From: Eubacteriales bacterium
Lineage (GTDB): Bacteria > Bacillota > Clostridia > Oscillospirales > CAG-272
DNA: 64,000 nucleotides
Direction of reading: 5' to 3'
NCBI GenBank assembly: GCA_045588145.1
Contig: JAZNDS010000049.1
Span: 1,766-65,765, forward strand
Below, piece after piece: positions 38,285-48,217 of the stretch. The notes beneath the pieces were generated by a model that was given only the letters and a program-made list of their open reading frames with translations, searched no databases and was not told the DNA's origin. The translations under genes and the position numbers were made by a program. Within the stretch, counting starts at the first letter, position 1; each line of letters opens with the position of its first letter.

Positions 38285-40018
38285 TCAGCCCTCCTTTTGA
38301 ATGGCCTTGAAGGGGCATACCCCAAGGCACAGCCCACAGCCGTTGCATTGCGTTTTGTCGATCTTGGCCTTTCCGTTCTCAAATACGATCGCGGGGCAGC
38401 CAAGCTTCATGCATTTCTTGCAGCCGCGGCAGGCATCCTCGTCTACCTTGCAATGGCCGCTGTATTTCACGGTCTTTAAAAGGGCACAGGGGCGCTGGGC
38501 GATGATGACCGAGGGCTCGTCGACCGCGATCTCTTCCTTGACCGCCTTCTCAAAGCCGACAAGATCAAAGGGATCCTCGACCCGTACACGCTCGACCCCA
38601 ACGGCGCGACAAAGCGCCACAAGGTCTACCTGCTTGGTCGGCTCTTTTCGGATGGTAAAGCCGGTCGTGGGGTTGTCCTGATGCCCGGTCATACCCGTAA
38701 TGGAGTTATCGAGAATGATGATCGTGTGATTACCCTTGTTGTACACCGTATCGATAAGCCCCGTGATACCCGAATGGATAAAGGTCGAGTCCCCGATGAC
38801 CGAAACGACCTGCTTGGCAAAATCACGGCCGCGGGCCTTGACCATGCCGTGGGCGGCGCTGATCGAGGCGCCCATGCAGATGGTGGTATCGACCGAGGCA
38901 AGCGGGGCGACCGCCCCCAGGGTATAGCAGCCGATATCCCCCGAGACCGTAAGTCCAAGCTTGGAAAGCACATAGAAGGTGCCGCGGTGCGGGCAGCCCG
39001 CGCACATGACCGGCGGGCGGGCAGGGGTCGGCTTATCGGAGGCGACGACCTCGGTCGTTTCCCCGAGGATCACTTCCTTGATCATATTCTGGTTGTATTC
39101 GCCAAGAAGAGTAAAGTATTCTTTACCCTTTACCGCGATTCCAAGCGATTTGACAAAGCTTTCAATGAAAGGGTCCAGCTCCTCGATGACAAAAAGCTCA
39201 TCGACCGAGGCGGCGAATTCCCGAATGAGATCCTCGGGCAGCGGATACACCATTCCAAGCTTTAAGTAGTTGACCTTATCGCCCAGCGCCTCCTTGGCGT
39301 AGGTGTAGGTAACGCCCGCGGTGATCACGCCGATCTTTTTCCCGTTGTTCTCCACGCGATTGAGGGGGGTGATGTTGGCAAGTTCCGAAAGGGCCAGCTG
39401 GCGCTTTTCGACCTCGACGTGGCGAAGCACGGCGTTGGCGGGCATCATAACGTTCTTGCGGATGTTCTTCTCGTAGGGCTTTAATTCGACCTCCTCGGGC
39501 TCGCACAGCTCCACAAGGCTTTGCGAATGCGAGACTCTCGTCGAAAGGCGGATAAATACGGGGGTATCGTAGGTCTCGCTCAGCGAGAAGGCGAGCTTGG
39601 TGAATTCCTTGCATTCCATGGAATCCGAGGGCTCCAGCATCGGGATCTTGGCGGCCATGGCGTAATGGCGCGAGTCCTGCTCGTTTTGCGAGGAGTGCAT
39701 GCCGGGGTCATCGGCCACGCAGAACACAAGCCCCGCGTTGGCACCGATATAGCTGACGGTGAAGACCGGGTCTGCCATCACGTTAAGGCCGACGTGCTTC
39801 ATGCAGCTCATCGCGCGCCCGCCGGCGATCGAGGCGCCGATCGCGACCTCGCCCGCCACCTTTTCGTTGGGGGCCCATTCAACATAGATATCGGGATATT
39901 CCACCACCGATTCGGTGATCTCGGTGCTGGGGGTCCCGGGGTAAGAGGAAACCACGCGGCAGCCGGCCTCATAGGCGCCTCTCGCTACGGCGGCGTTTCC
40001 GATCATAAGCTTTTTCAT
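38285..40018 (-). CDS. iorA: indolepyruvate:ferredoxin oxidoreductase alpha subunit
   Basis: 'YPGTPSTEI', 'MKHVGLNV', 'CAGCPHR', 'GDIGCY', C-terminal 2x[4Fe-4S] motifs. Confidence 0.93.
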   Translation of the reverse strand: MKKLMIGNAAVARGAYEAGCRVVSSYPGTPSTEITESVVEYPDIYVEWAPNEKVAGEVAIGASIAGGRAMSCMKHVGLNVMADPVFTVSYIGANAGLVFCVADDPGMHSSQNEQDSRHYAMAAKIPMLEPSDSMECKEFTKLAFSLSETYDTPVFIRLSTRVSHSQSLVELCEPEEVELKPYEKNIRKNVMMPANAVLRHVEVEKRQLALSELANITPLNRVENNGKKIGVITAGVTYTYAKEALGDKVNYLKLGMVYPLPEDLIREFAASVDELFVIEELDPFIESFVKSLGIAVKGKEYFTLLGEYNQNMIKEVILGETTEVVASDKPTPARPPVMCAGCPHRGTFYVLSKLGLTVSGDIGCYTLGAVAPLASVDTTICMGASISAAHGMVKARGRDFAKQVVSVIGDSTFIHSGITGLIDTVYNKGNHTIIILDNSITGMTGHQDNPTTGFTIRKEPTKQVDLVALCRAVGVERVRVEDPFDLVGFEKAVKEEIAVDEPSVIIAQRPCALLKTVKYSGHCKVDEDACRGCKKCMKLGCPAIVFENGKAKIDKTQCNGCGLCLGVCPFKAIQKEG

Positions 40019-40031
40019 ATCCGTATACTCC

Positions 40032-41666
40032 TTACAGCTCGTTTTCCATTGCCACAAGCCCGTCAACGCTGTAAAGCTTGCGAAGCTTCGGCTTTTCGAT
40101 CTTGCCGGTGGGGTTGCGCGGCACCTCGGCAAAAATGATCTTGCGGGGGCGCTTGTAGCGGGGCAGATCCAGACAGAAGTCCATGATCTCCTCCTCGGTA
40201 AGGGCGCAGCCCTCCTTCGTTTGGATAATGGCGGCCGAGATCTCGCCAAGTCGGCGGTCGGGCAGGCCAATGACCGCTACGTCGGAGATCGAATCGTGTC
40301 GACGCAGATAGTCTTCGATCTGAACGGGATAAATGTTTTCCCCGCCCGAAATGATCACGTCCTTTTTGCGGTCAACAAGATAGATAAAGCCGTCCTTGTC
40401 CTCGGTGGCCATATCGCCGGTGAAGAGCCAGCCGTCCGAAAGGATCTCCCGGGTGGCCTCCTCGTCCTTATAATAGCAGGTCATCACGCCGTCTCCCTTG
40501 ACCGCCAGCTCTCCGACCTCGCCTTTTCCAACGGGGTTCCTGTGCTCGTCAACGATCATCGTCTGCCAGCCGAAGCCTGCCTTTCCGATCGCGCCCACGT
40601 GGTCGATGTTCTCAACACCGAGATGCACGCAGCCGGGGCCGATCGATTCGCTGAGACCGTAGTTGGTATCGTAATCGTGATGGGGGAAGACCGCCTTCCA
40701 GCGGCGGATCAGGCTGGGGGGGACCGGCTGCGCGCCGATATGCATCAGCCGCCAGACGGAAAGATCGTATTTCGAAAGGTCGATCTCCCCACGCTCGATC
40801 GCGTCGAGAATATCCTGGGCCCACGGCACCAAAAGCCAAACGATGCTGCATTTTTCCTCGGAGGCCGCTTTTATGATCCATTCGGGCTCGGTCCCCTTCA
40901 AGAGAACCGCCTTGCCCCCGACCATCAGGCTGCCGAACCAGTGCATCTTGGCGCCGGTGTGATAAAGAGGCGGGATGCAGAGGAAAACGTCGTCCTTCGT
41001 CTGGCCGTGGTGATTTTGCTCCACCCTCGCTGCGTGCATCAGGCTTCTGTGCTTATGTAGGATCGCCTTCGGGAAGCCGGTCGTGCCCGAGGAAAAATAG
41101 ATCGCGGCATCGTCGTCATCGCACAGCGGGATCTTCGGGGTGTGCGAAGAGCAGTAGGTGACCAGCTTATCGTAGCTTTCGGCGTAAGCGGGGCAATCCT
41201 CGCCCGCGTAGATCCACATCTTGATCGCGCGCACCTTATGGCAGATGCCCTCCACCCGTCCGACGAATTCGGGGCCGAAAACGATGTATTCGGCATCGGC
41301 CTTATCAAGGCAGTAAGCGATCTCCTCGGCCGTATAGCGGAAATTGAGCGGAACGGCGATCGCCCCCGCCTTCAGGATCCCAAAATAGATCGGCAGCCAT
41401 TCAAGGCAGTTCATCAGAAGGATCGCGACCTTTTCTCCCTTTTTGATCCCGCGGGATAAAAGGAGGTTGGCAAAGCGGTTGGCGTGCTGCTGGAATTCCT
41501 TCCAGGTCAGCTCGTGCCGATAGGACTCGGCCGCCGTTGCCTGCATAAGGGCGAACTCGCGCCAGGTCATATTCTTGTTGTTCTCAAGCTTCGGGTTGAT
41601 CTCCACCAGGCTTACGTCATCAGGGTAAAAATCGGCGTTTTTGGTGAGAATGTCGGTAATGGGCAT
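40032..41666 (-). CDS. acyl-CoA synthetase (class I adenylate-forming enzyme)
   Basis: 'YFSSGTTGFPK', 'YGLSE', 'TGD', 'GKIEK'. Confidence 0.9.
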   Translation of the reverse strand: MPITDILTKNADFYPDDVSLVEINPKLENNKNMTWREFALMQATAAESYRHELTWKEFQQHANRFANLLLSRGIKKGEKVAILLMNCLEWLPIYFGILKAGAIAVPLNFRYTAEEIAYCLDKADAEYIVFGPEFVGRVEGICHKVRAIKMWIYAGEDCPAYAESYDKLVTYCSSHTPKIPLCDDDDAAIYFSSGTTGFPKAILHKHRSLMHAARVEQNHHGQTKDDVFLCIPPLYHTGAKMHWFGSLMVGGKAVLLKGTEPEWIIKAASEEKCSIVWLLVPWAQDILDAIERGEIDLSKYDLSVWRLMHIGAQPVPPSLIRRWKAVFPHHDYDTNYGLSESIGPGCVHLGVENIDHVGAIGKAGFGWQTMIVDEHRNPVGKGEVGELAVKGDGVMTCYYKDEEATREILSDGWLFTGDMATEDKDGFIYLVDRKKDVIISGGENIYPVQIEDYLRRHDSISDVAVIGLPDRRLGEISAAIIQTKEGCALTEEEIMDFCLDLPRYKRPRKIIFAEVPRNPTGKIEKPKLRKLYSVDGLVAMENEL

Positions 41667-41791
41667 GTTGCGTATCCTTTCACCGTGTAATGCAGTATTA
41701 TTTTATAATTATACTATATATTTTTTTGTATGGCAAGCGGTTTTTTCTGTTTTTTGAAATAAAAAAGCGCAAATTTGGAGAAAAAAGCAAA

Positions 41792-41824
41792 AAAGAACCG
41801 AAGAGGGGTGTTCTTCGGTTCTTT
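41792..41824 (-). terminator. terminator after malic enzyme
   Basis: AAAGAACCGAAGA...TCTTCGGTTCTTT. Confidence 0.7.
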
Positions 41825-41827
41825 ATT

Positions 41828-43006
41828 TTATAGGCGGGCCACGCCGCTTTCGCGCGCCGCCTGCATGACCGCCTCGGCCACCACGGGGGCGACCCGCTTG
41901 TCAAGGGCGGGGGGAATGATATTTTCTTCGTTCAATTCTTCCTCGGGGATCAGCGAAGCCAAAGCGTACGAGGTGGCTACCTTCATCGCGTCGTTGATGC
42001 AGGAGGCGCGGCAGTCAAGCGCCCCGCGGAAGATCCCGGGGAAGGCCAGAACGTTATTGATCTGGTTCTTGTAGTCCGAGCGCCCGGTCCCGACGATACG
42101 GGCCCCTGCCGCCAAGGCATCCTCGGGCATGATCTCGGGGGTGGGGTTGGCCATCGGGAAGACGATCGCGTCGCTTTTCATCGAGGCGACCATCTCACGG
42201 CTGACGATCAGGGGGGCAGAGACCCCGATAAAGACGTCGGCACCCTTCATCGCGTCGGCCAGGGTACCGCGCAAAAGCTCCTTGTTGGTCAGAAGCGCGA
42301 TCTCACGGTGGGCAGGCGAGAGGGTCTCGTCGTCACGGCTGATGATGCCGAAGCGGTCGACCATCGTAAGGCTTTCGACCCCCATCGCCAAAAGATGCTT
42401 GCCGATGGCACACCCGGCCGAGCCCGCGCCGTTAATGACCACCTTCACCTTACCGATCTCCTTCTTGACGACCTTTAAGGCGTTCAAGAGGGCGGCGGCT
42501 ACCACGATCGCGGTGCCGTGCTGGTCATCGTGAAAGATCGGGATATCGCAGGCCGCCTGCAGCTTCTTTTCGATCTCAAAGCAGCGGGGGGCGCTGATAT
42601 CCTCCAGATTCACCCCGCCAAAGCTGCCGCTGATAAGGGCGATCGTGCGAACGATCTCGTCGGGATCCTTCGAGCTTACGCAAAGCGGGAAGGCGTCAAC
42701 GTCGGCAAATTCCTTGAAGAGGGCGCATTTTCCCTCCATAACCGGCATACCCGCTAAGGGGCCGATATCTCCAAGTCCGAGAACCGCCGTTCCGTCGGTC
42801 ACCACGGCCACAAGATTGCTTCTTCTTGTCAGCCGATAAGAAAGATCGGGATCCTCCTTGATCGCAAGGCAGGGCTCGGCAACGCCGGGGGTATAGGCGA
42901 GCGAGAGGTCACGGCGGTCGTTGATCTTACAGCGGGAGATCACCTCGATCTTGCCGCCCCATTCATAATGCTTTTTCAGCGATTCCTCGCGAATGCTTTC
43001 TTTCAT
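41828..43006 (-). CDS. NAD(P)-dependent malic enzyme
   Basis: 'AYTPGVA', 'DGTAVLGLGDIG', 'FHDDQHGTA', 'NQINNVLAFPG'. Confidence 0.93.
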   Translation of the reverse strand: MKESIREESLKKHYEWGGKIEVISRCKINDRRDLSLAYTPGVAEPCLAIKEDPDLSYRLTRRSNLVAVVTDGTAVLGLGDIGPLAGMPVMEGKCALFKEFADVDAFPLCVSSKDPDEIVRTIALISGSFGGVNLEDISAPRCFEIEKKLQAACDIPIFHDDQHGTAIVVAAALLNALKVVKKEIGKVKVVINGAGSAGCAIGKHLLAMGVESLTMVDRFGIISRDDETLSPAHREIALLTNKELLRGTLADAMKGADVFIGVSAPLIVSREMVASMKSDAIVFPMANPTPEIMPEDALAAGARIVGTGRSDYKNQINNVLAFPGIFRGALDCRASCINDAMKVATSYALASLIPEEELNEENIIPPALDKRVAPVVAEAVMQAARESGVARL

Positions 43007-43031
43007 TTTTTCTCCTTTATGCAAGCAATTT

Positions 43032-44423
43032 TTAAATCATATTTTCGGGCTGTACGAGGCGGTCGTATTCCTCTTCGCCAAGCAGCGAAAGGCGCAGGCA
43101 GGCCTCCTTCAGCGAAAGCCCCTCGGCGTGCGCGAGCCGCGCGGCTCGCGCGGCATTCTCATAGCCGATCTTCGGGGATAAAGCGGTCACTAACATGAGC
43201 GAATTGTAAAGGTTACTTTTCATCTTTTCGCGATTGGCACGGATGCCGCAGACGCAGTTTTCACGGAAGGAATCCATCGCCTCGGTCAAAAGACGGGCCG
43301 ATTGCAGGAAATTATAGATGCACACGGGCATATAAACGTTCAGCTCGAAATTTCCGTTTGCCGCCGCCATTCCGATCGCCGCGTCGTTCGCCATGACCTG
43401 CACGGCGACCATGGTAAGCGCCTCGCACTGGGTGGGGTTGACCTTTCCCGGCATGATGGAGGAGCCGGGCTCGTTCTCGGGGATCGAGATCTCCGAAAGC
43501 CCGCAACGGGGGCCGCTGGCAAGCCAGCGCACGTCGTTGGCGATCTTGAAAAGATCGGCGGCCAGGGCACGCAGGGCCCCGTGGGCAAAGCAAAGCTCGC
43601 TTTTGGAGGTAAGGGCGTGAAACTTGTTTTCGGCGCTTTGGAAGGGGATCCCCGCAAGGCGCGAGATCTCCTCGGCCACGGCCTTATCAAACCCCTTCGG
43701 GGAATTCAGCCCCGTGCCGACCGCCGTCCCCCCAAGGGCGAGGGCCGAAAGCGGCGCAAGGCTTTCCTCGATCATCGAGGCGGCGGTCTGCAAGGAGGCG
43801 CGCCAGCCCGAGATCTCCTGCGAGAAGAGGAGCGGGGTCGCGTCCTGCAGATGGGTCCTTCCGATCTTGATCACGTCACGGTTCTCGTCCTCCAGACGTA
43901 AAAGCTCGTCGATCAGCGAGGAAAGGGCGGGCAAAAGACGCTTCTTCAGCGCAAGGGTCGCCGCGATGTGCATCGCCGTCGGAAAGGTATCGTTCGAGGA
44001 TTGGGACATATTGACATCGTCGTTCGGGTGCAGAAGCGGCTTGCCGAGGTGAAAATTGGCATAATTGGCAATGACCTCGTTCGCGTTCATATTGGTCTGC
44101 GTACCCGAGCCTGTCTGAAAGACCACAAGGGGAAAATGACCGTCCAACTCACCCGAAAGAATACGGTCACAGGCGAGGGTGATGGCGGCTTTCTTCTCCT
44201 CGGTCATCCTTTCGGGGCAAAGGCTTGCGTTAACGGCGGCCGCGGCCTTCTTCAGGATCCCGAAGGCATAAAGGATCTCGCGGGGCATTTCCTCGTGCCC
44301 CTTTCCGATCCTGAAATTCCGGCGGCTTCGCTCGGTCTGCGCGCCCCATAGCTTATCGGCGGCGACCTCGATCTCTCCCATCGAATCGTGCTCGATCCGA
44401 TAGGCCTCGTTTGGCTTATTCAT
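43032..44423 (-). CDS. fumC: class II fumarate hydratase
   Basis: 'QTGSGTQTNMN', 'GRTHLQDATP', 'GSSIMPGKVNPTQCE'. Confidence 0.93.
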   Translation of the reverse strand: MNKPNEAYRIEHDSMGEIEVAADKLWGAQTERSRRNFRIGKGHEEMPREILYAFGILKKAAAAVNASLCPERMTEEKKAAITLACDRILSGELDGHFPLVVFQTGSGTQTNMNANEVIANYANFHLGKPLLHPNDDVNMSQSSNDTFPTAMHIAATLALKKRLLPALSSLIDELLRLEDENRDVIKIGRTHLQDATPLLFSQEISGWRASLQTAASMIEESLAPLSALALGGTAVGTGLNSPKGFDKAVAEEISRLAGIPFQSAENKFHALTSKSELCFAHGALRALAADLFKIANDVRWLASGPRCGLSEISIPENEPGSSIMPGKVNPTQCEALTMVAVQVMANDAAIGMAAANGNFELNVYMPVCIYNFLQSARLLTEAMDSFRENCVCGIRANREKMKSNLYNSLMLVTALSPKIGYENAARAARLAHAEGLSLKEACLRLSLLGEEEYDRLVQPENMI

Positions 44424-44603
44424 AGGACGGTCTCCTTGCGGATACATATTTTTTCCATTATAACACCGAATCCTCCGCTTTTCAAGGAAAAAGGGGCGAA
44501 AGAAGCGAGTTTTTTAAGAAAATGTTAAAATATTCATTTTAAGAAGACAAGGAGCTGATTTTTTGTTATAATAAAAGAAATCAAGCAAAAGGGAGAGACC
44601 GAT

Positions 44604-44804
44604 ATGGCGATCAAGCTGAACCCTGATCAAGAGATCGTAAGGATCGTAAAGGAGGGGCTGAAGGAAAAGGGCGGCTATTGCCCGTGCGTCCGTGAGAGGA
44701 GCGAGGATACGAAATGTATGTGCCGCGCCTTCCGTGAGCAGATCAAGGATCCCGACTTTGAGGGCTTTTGCCATTGCATGCTTTATTACAAAACCAAGGA
44801 TTAA
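44604..44804 (+). CDS. ferredoxin:thioredoxin reductase catalytic subunit-like
   Basis: CPC...CMC...CHC motif triplet in 66 aa; adjacent to thioredoxin. Confidence 0.8.
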   Translation: MAIKLNPDQEIVRIVKEGLKEKGGYCPCVRERSEDTKCMCRAFREQIKDPDFEGFCHCMLYYKTKD

Positions 44805-44815
44805 GGAGAAAAGAT

Positions 44816-45124
44816 ATGAAAGAAATAGTGATCACGACCGATAATTTTCAAAGGGAGGTCCTCGAATCGGATAAGCCGATCTTCGTTGATTTTTACGCCG
44901 ATTGGTGCGGGCCCTGCCGTATGCTGGCCCCCATCCTTGCCGAGATCGCCGAGGAAAGGGACGATGTTCGCGTCGGCAAGGTCAATGTCGATAAGGAGGG
45001 CGCCCTGGCCGAGGCCTTTGAGATCAACAGCATTCCCGCCGTTCTTCTCTTTAAAAACGGAAAGCTTTATAAGGCTTCTGTCGGCTACCGCCGGAAGGCA
45101 GAGCTTCTCGATATGCTGAAGTAA
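44816..45124 (+). CDS. trxA: thioredoxin
   Basis: WCGPC; AGGAG RBS before ATG 44816. Confidence 0.93.
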   Translation: MKEIVITTDNFQREVLESDKPIFVDFYADWCGPCRMLAPILAEIAEERDDVRVGKVNVDKEGALAEAFEINSIPAVLLFKNGKLYKASVGYRRKAELLDMLK

Positions 45125-45173
45125 AGGAACCTCTTTTTAAAAAGAACTTTTGATAGAAACCCCGGAGGCATTC

Positions 45174-46889
45174 ATGTTAAAACGCTTTTTGGCCTACTAT
45201 AAGCCGCATAAGAAGCTGTTTGCGGCTGATATGATCGCATCGCTTTTGGTGGCGCTTACCGCCATTTTGTATCCCATGATCACAAGGCGGATGCTGAACG
45301 ATCTTATTCTGCAGCAGAAATACAGGCTGATCGTGCTTTTCGGCCTTTTGCTGCTGGCGGTCTATCTTATCCGTATGCTCCTTAATTTTTTTATTCAGTA
45401 TTACGGGCATATCATGGGGGTGCGGATGCAGGCCAAGATGCGAAGCGATATGTTCACCCATCTGGAAAGGCTTCCGTACAAATTCTTTGATAACCACGAG
45501 ACGGGGAAGATCATGTCGCGCATGACGAACGACCTGATGGATATCAGCGAGCTGGCGCATCACGGCCCCGAGAACATTCTGATCTCGGGCATTTCGATCG
45601 TGATCTCCTTCGTTTATCTTTCGACCATACGGTGGGAGCTGACGCTGATCGTTTTCGTCTGCGCCCCGATCCTTGCGATCATCGCCGCCACGCTTCGCAA
45701 AAAGATGAAGGAAGCGTTTATGGAAAGCCGTAAATCGATCGCTGTGATCAACGCTTCCCTTGAAAGCAGCATTACGGGCATCCGTGTCACCAAGGCTTTT
45801 AATAACGAGGCGGTGGAGGGGGAGAAGTTTGAGGAAGGAAACCGTGCCTTCGTCGCCTCCCGCAAAAAGGCCTATAACGCCATGGCCAAGTTTCATTCCT
45901 CCACCACCTTCGTGGCCGATATCTTCAACGTCATCGTTCTGATCGCCGGGGGACTTTTTCTGTATAACGGACTGATCAACTTTGCCGATTATTCCGCCTT
46001 CGTGGTCTCGGTGAATCTGTTTATTTCCCCCTTGATGACGCTGATCAATTTTATGGAGCAGTATCAGAACGGCGTGACCGGCTTCCGCCGCTTTGTTGAG
46101 ATTATGGACGAGCCGCCCGAAAAGGATCGGGACGGCGCGCGTGACGCAGGGACACTGCAGGGGAGGATCGAATTTTCCTCGGTCACCTACGGCTACGGGG
46201 AAGAGGGAGACGTTTTGAAGGACGTCAGCTTCACGGTGGAGAAGGGAAAGACCTTTGCCCTTGTCGGCCCCTCGGGGGGCGGTAAGACCACGGTCTGCCA
46301 TCTTATCCCGCGCTTTTACGACGTAGAGAGAGGAAAAATTTTGATCGACGGCGTGGATATTGCCGACTTCACGCGGGCCTCTCTTCGCAAAAATATCGGC
46401 ATCGTACAGCAGGACGTGTATCTCTTTAACGCCAGCATTCGCGATAACATCCTCTACGGCCGTCCCGACGCCACCGAGGAGGAGGTCGTGGAGGCGGCGA
46501 AAAAGGCCAACATTCACGAGTACGTGATGTCCTTGGAAAAGGGGTATGACACCGAGATCGGCGAGCGTGGCGTGAAGCTTTCGGGCGGGCAGAAGCAGCG
46601 CCTTTCCATTGCCCGTGTTTTCTTGAAGAATCCCCCGATCCTTATCCTCGACGAGGCAACGAGCGCCCTCGATAACGCCACCGAGATCTATATCCAAGGG
46701 GCGCTTGACGAGCTTTGCCGCGGCCGCACGACCCTTGTCGTCGCGCACCGCTTGTCTACCATCAAAAACGCCGATGAGATCGCTGTTGTGGAAGGAGGCC
46801 GGATCACCGAGCAGGGTGACCACGATGTCCTTCTTGAAAAGGGCGGCGTGTATGCGGGCCTTTACAATATGCAATTCAAGACCCGATAA
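45174..46889 (+). CDS. ABC exporter, fused permease/ATPase
   Basis: 6-TM N-terminal half, 'GPSGGGKT', 'LSGGQKQR', 'LDEATSALD'. Confidence 0.93.
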   Translation: MLKRFLAYYKPHKKLFAADMIASLLVALTAILYPMITRRMLNDLILQQKYRLIVLFGLLLLAVYLIRMLLNFFIQYYGHIMGVRMQAKMRSDMFTHLERLPYKFFDNHETGKIMSRMTNDLMDISELAHHGPENILISGISIVISFVYLSTIRWELTLIVFVCAPILAIIAATLRKKMKEAFMESRKSIAVINASLESSITGIRVTKAFNNEAVEGEKFEEGNRAFVASRKKAYNAMAKFHSSTTFVADIFNVIVLIAGGLFLYNGLINFADYSAFVVSVNLFISPLMTLINFMEQYQNGVTGFRRFVEIMDEPPEKDRDGARDAGTLQGRIEFSSVTYGYGEEGDVLKDVSFTVEKGKTFALVGPSGGGKTTVCHLIPRFYDVERGKILIDGVDIADFTRASLRKNIGIVQQDVYLFNASIRDNILYGRPDATEEEVVEAAKKANIHEYVMSLEKGYDTEIGERGVKLSGGQKQRLSIARVFLKNPPILILDEATSALDNATEIYIQGALDELCRGRTTLVVAHRLSTIKNADEIAVVEGGRITEQGDHDVLLEKGGVYAGLYNMQFKTR

Positions 46890-46961
46890 AGGACGGCCCT
46901 TCAAGGCCTGATGAGGGTCCCGTACAGGGGCCTCTCTCCAAACGTATTCGCGTGATACATC

Positions 46962-46986
46962 AAAAAGGGGCTACGGCTCCTTTTTT
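46962..46986 (+). terminator. intrinsic terminator
   Basis: AAAAAGGGGC-tacg-GCTCCTTTTTT. Confidence 0.7.
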
Positions 46987-47158
46987 ATTTGTAAATTTAA
47001 AGGATTATTTAATAAATATGTTGAAAAACAAAACAATTTGTGTTAAAATGGTAACATGGGAAATTTGGCCAAGTTGAGAAAGAAGGCTTTTTCGACGGCC
47101 AACCGCTCTTGACTGTAAGAGGTCGATAGCGGCGCGAAAGAACAAAAAAGGAGGACCT

Positions 47159-48217
47159 ATGCTTCGCCGTCACAGATTGCTGAAAAATGTTCTCCTCACC
47201 GTTTTGGTTATGCTGGCGGCCTTTGCCGTTTGCCTCGTTTTGCAGGATGTCGGGATCGGGGAGCAGGTCACGGCGCTTTTTGTGTTTGCGGTCTTCCTTA
47301 TCTCACTTTTTACCGATGGATATTGGTACGGGCTTTTGGCCTCGGCTGTCGGTATTCTGGCGGTAAATTTCGTGTTCACCTTCCCCTATTTTGCCTTTAA
47401 TTTCACGATCGTTGAAAACCTGCTTTCCGCCCTTGCGATGCTCATCATCTCGCTGTTTACCAGTATGCTGACCACCCGCCTGAAGCGTTGGGAGGTCATC
47501 AGAAAGGAGGGGGAGCTGGAGATCATGCGCGCCAATCTTCTTCGTGCCGTTTCACACGATATCCGCACCCCGTTGACGACTATATACGGCGCAAGCTCGG
47601 CTATGCTTGAAAATTACGGCGGCCTTTCAGACGTGCAAAAGGAAAAGCTGCTCGGCGGCATCAAGGAGGATGCGGAATGGCTGATCCGTATGGTGGAAAA
47701 CCTGCTTTCGGTCACGAAGCTTGACGGGGGGCTTCGCCTCTTCAAGACCCCTACGGTGCCCGAGGAGCTGATCGAATCGGTATACGCCAAATTTCAAAAA
47801 AGATACCCCTTACAGACCGTGCATTTCGAGCTGCCCGACGAAATGGTCCGTGTCCCGATGGACGCCCTCTTGATCGAGCAGGTGCTGGTCAATCTTCTTG
47901 AAAACGCGGTTCAGCACGCCAAGGGGATGACCCGCCTTGATCTTGCGGTGCGCTTGGAAGGGGGAAAGGCGCATTTTCTGGTCTTTGACGATGGCTGCGG
48001 GGTGGAGAAGGAAAGGCTTTCGGATATTTTCAAGGGAAATATCAGTACAAAGGAAGCCCCCTCGGACAGCAAGAAGAGAAACGCCGGCATCGGCCTTTCG
48101 GTCTGTGCCTCGATCATAAAGGCCCATAACGGAAGGATCTTTGCCAAAAACCGCAAAGAAGGCGGCGCCCTTTTCGGCTTTTCCCTGGATACCGAGGTAC
48201 AAAGTGATGAACAATAA
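47159..48217 (+). CDS. short KdpD-like sensor kinase (DUF4118 TM domain plus HisKA/HATPase)
   Basis: 4-TM segment with 'NFVFTFPYFAF', 'NLLRAVSHDIRTPL', 'GIGLSVC'; no KdpD N-terminal/Usp domains. Confidence 0.85.
   Translation: MLRRHRLLKNVLLTVLVMLAAFAVCLVLQDVGIGEQVTALFVFAVFLISLFTDGYWYGLLASAVGILAVNFVFTFPYFAFNFTIVENLLSALAMLIISLFTSMLTTRLKRWEVIRKEGELEIMRANLLRAVSHDIRTPLTTIYGASSAMLENYGGLSDVQKEKLLGGIKEDAEWLIRMVENLLSVTKLDGGLRLFKTPTVPEELIESVYAKFQKRYPLQTVHFELPDEMVRVPMDALLIEQVLVNLLENAVQHAKGMTRLDLAVRLEGGKAHFLVFDDGCGVEKERLSDIFKGNISTKEAPSDSKKRNAGIGLSVCASIIKAHNGRIFAKNRKEGGALFGFSLDTEVQSDEQ

Noticed and set aside
43032-44423. Aspartase (aspA) instead of fumC
   Set aside because: 'QTGSGTQTNMN' and 'PTQCE' are FumC-type, and the gene is linked to malic enzyme
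46905-46962. Hammerhead ribozyme (CTGATGA core)
   Set aside because: The required GAAA after stem II is absent (TCTCCAAAC) and stems I/III do not close properly; kept only as an unassigned structure
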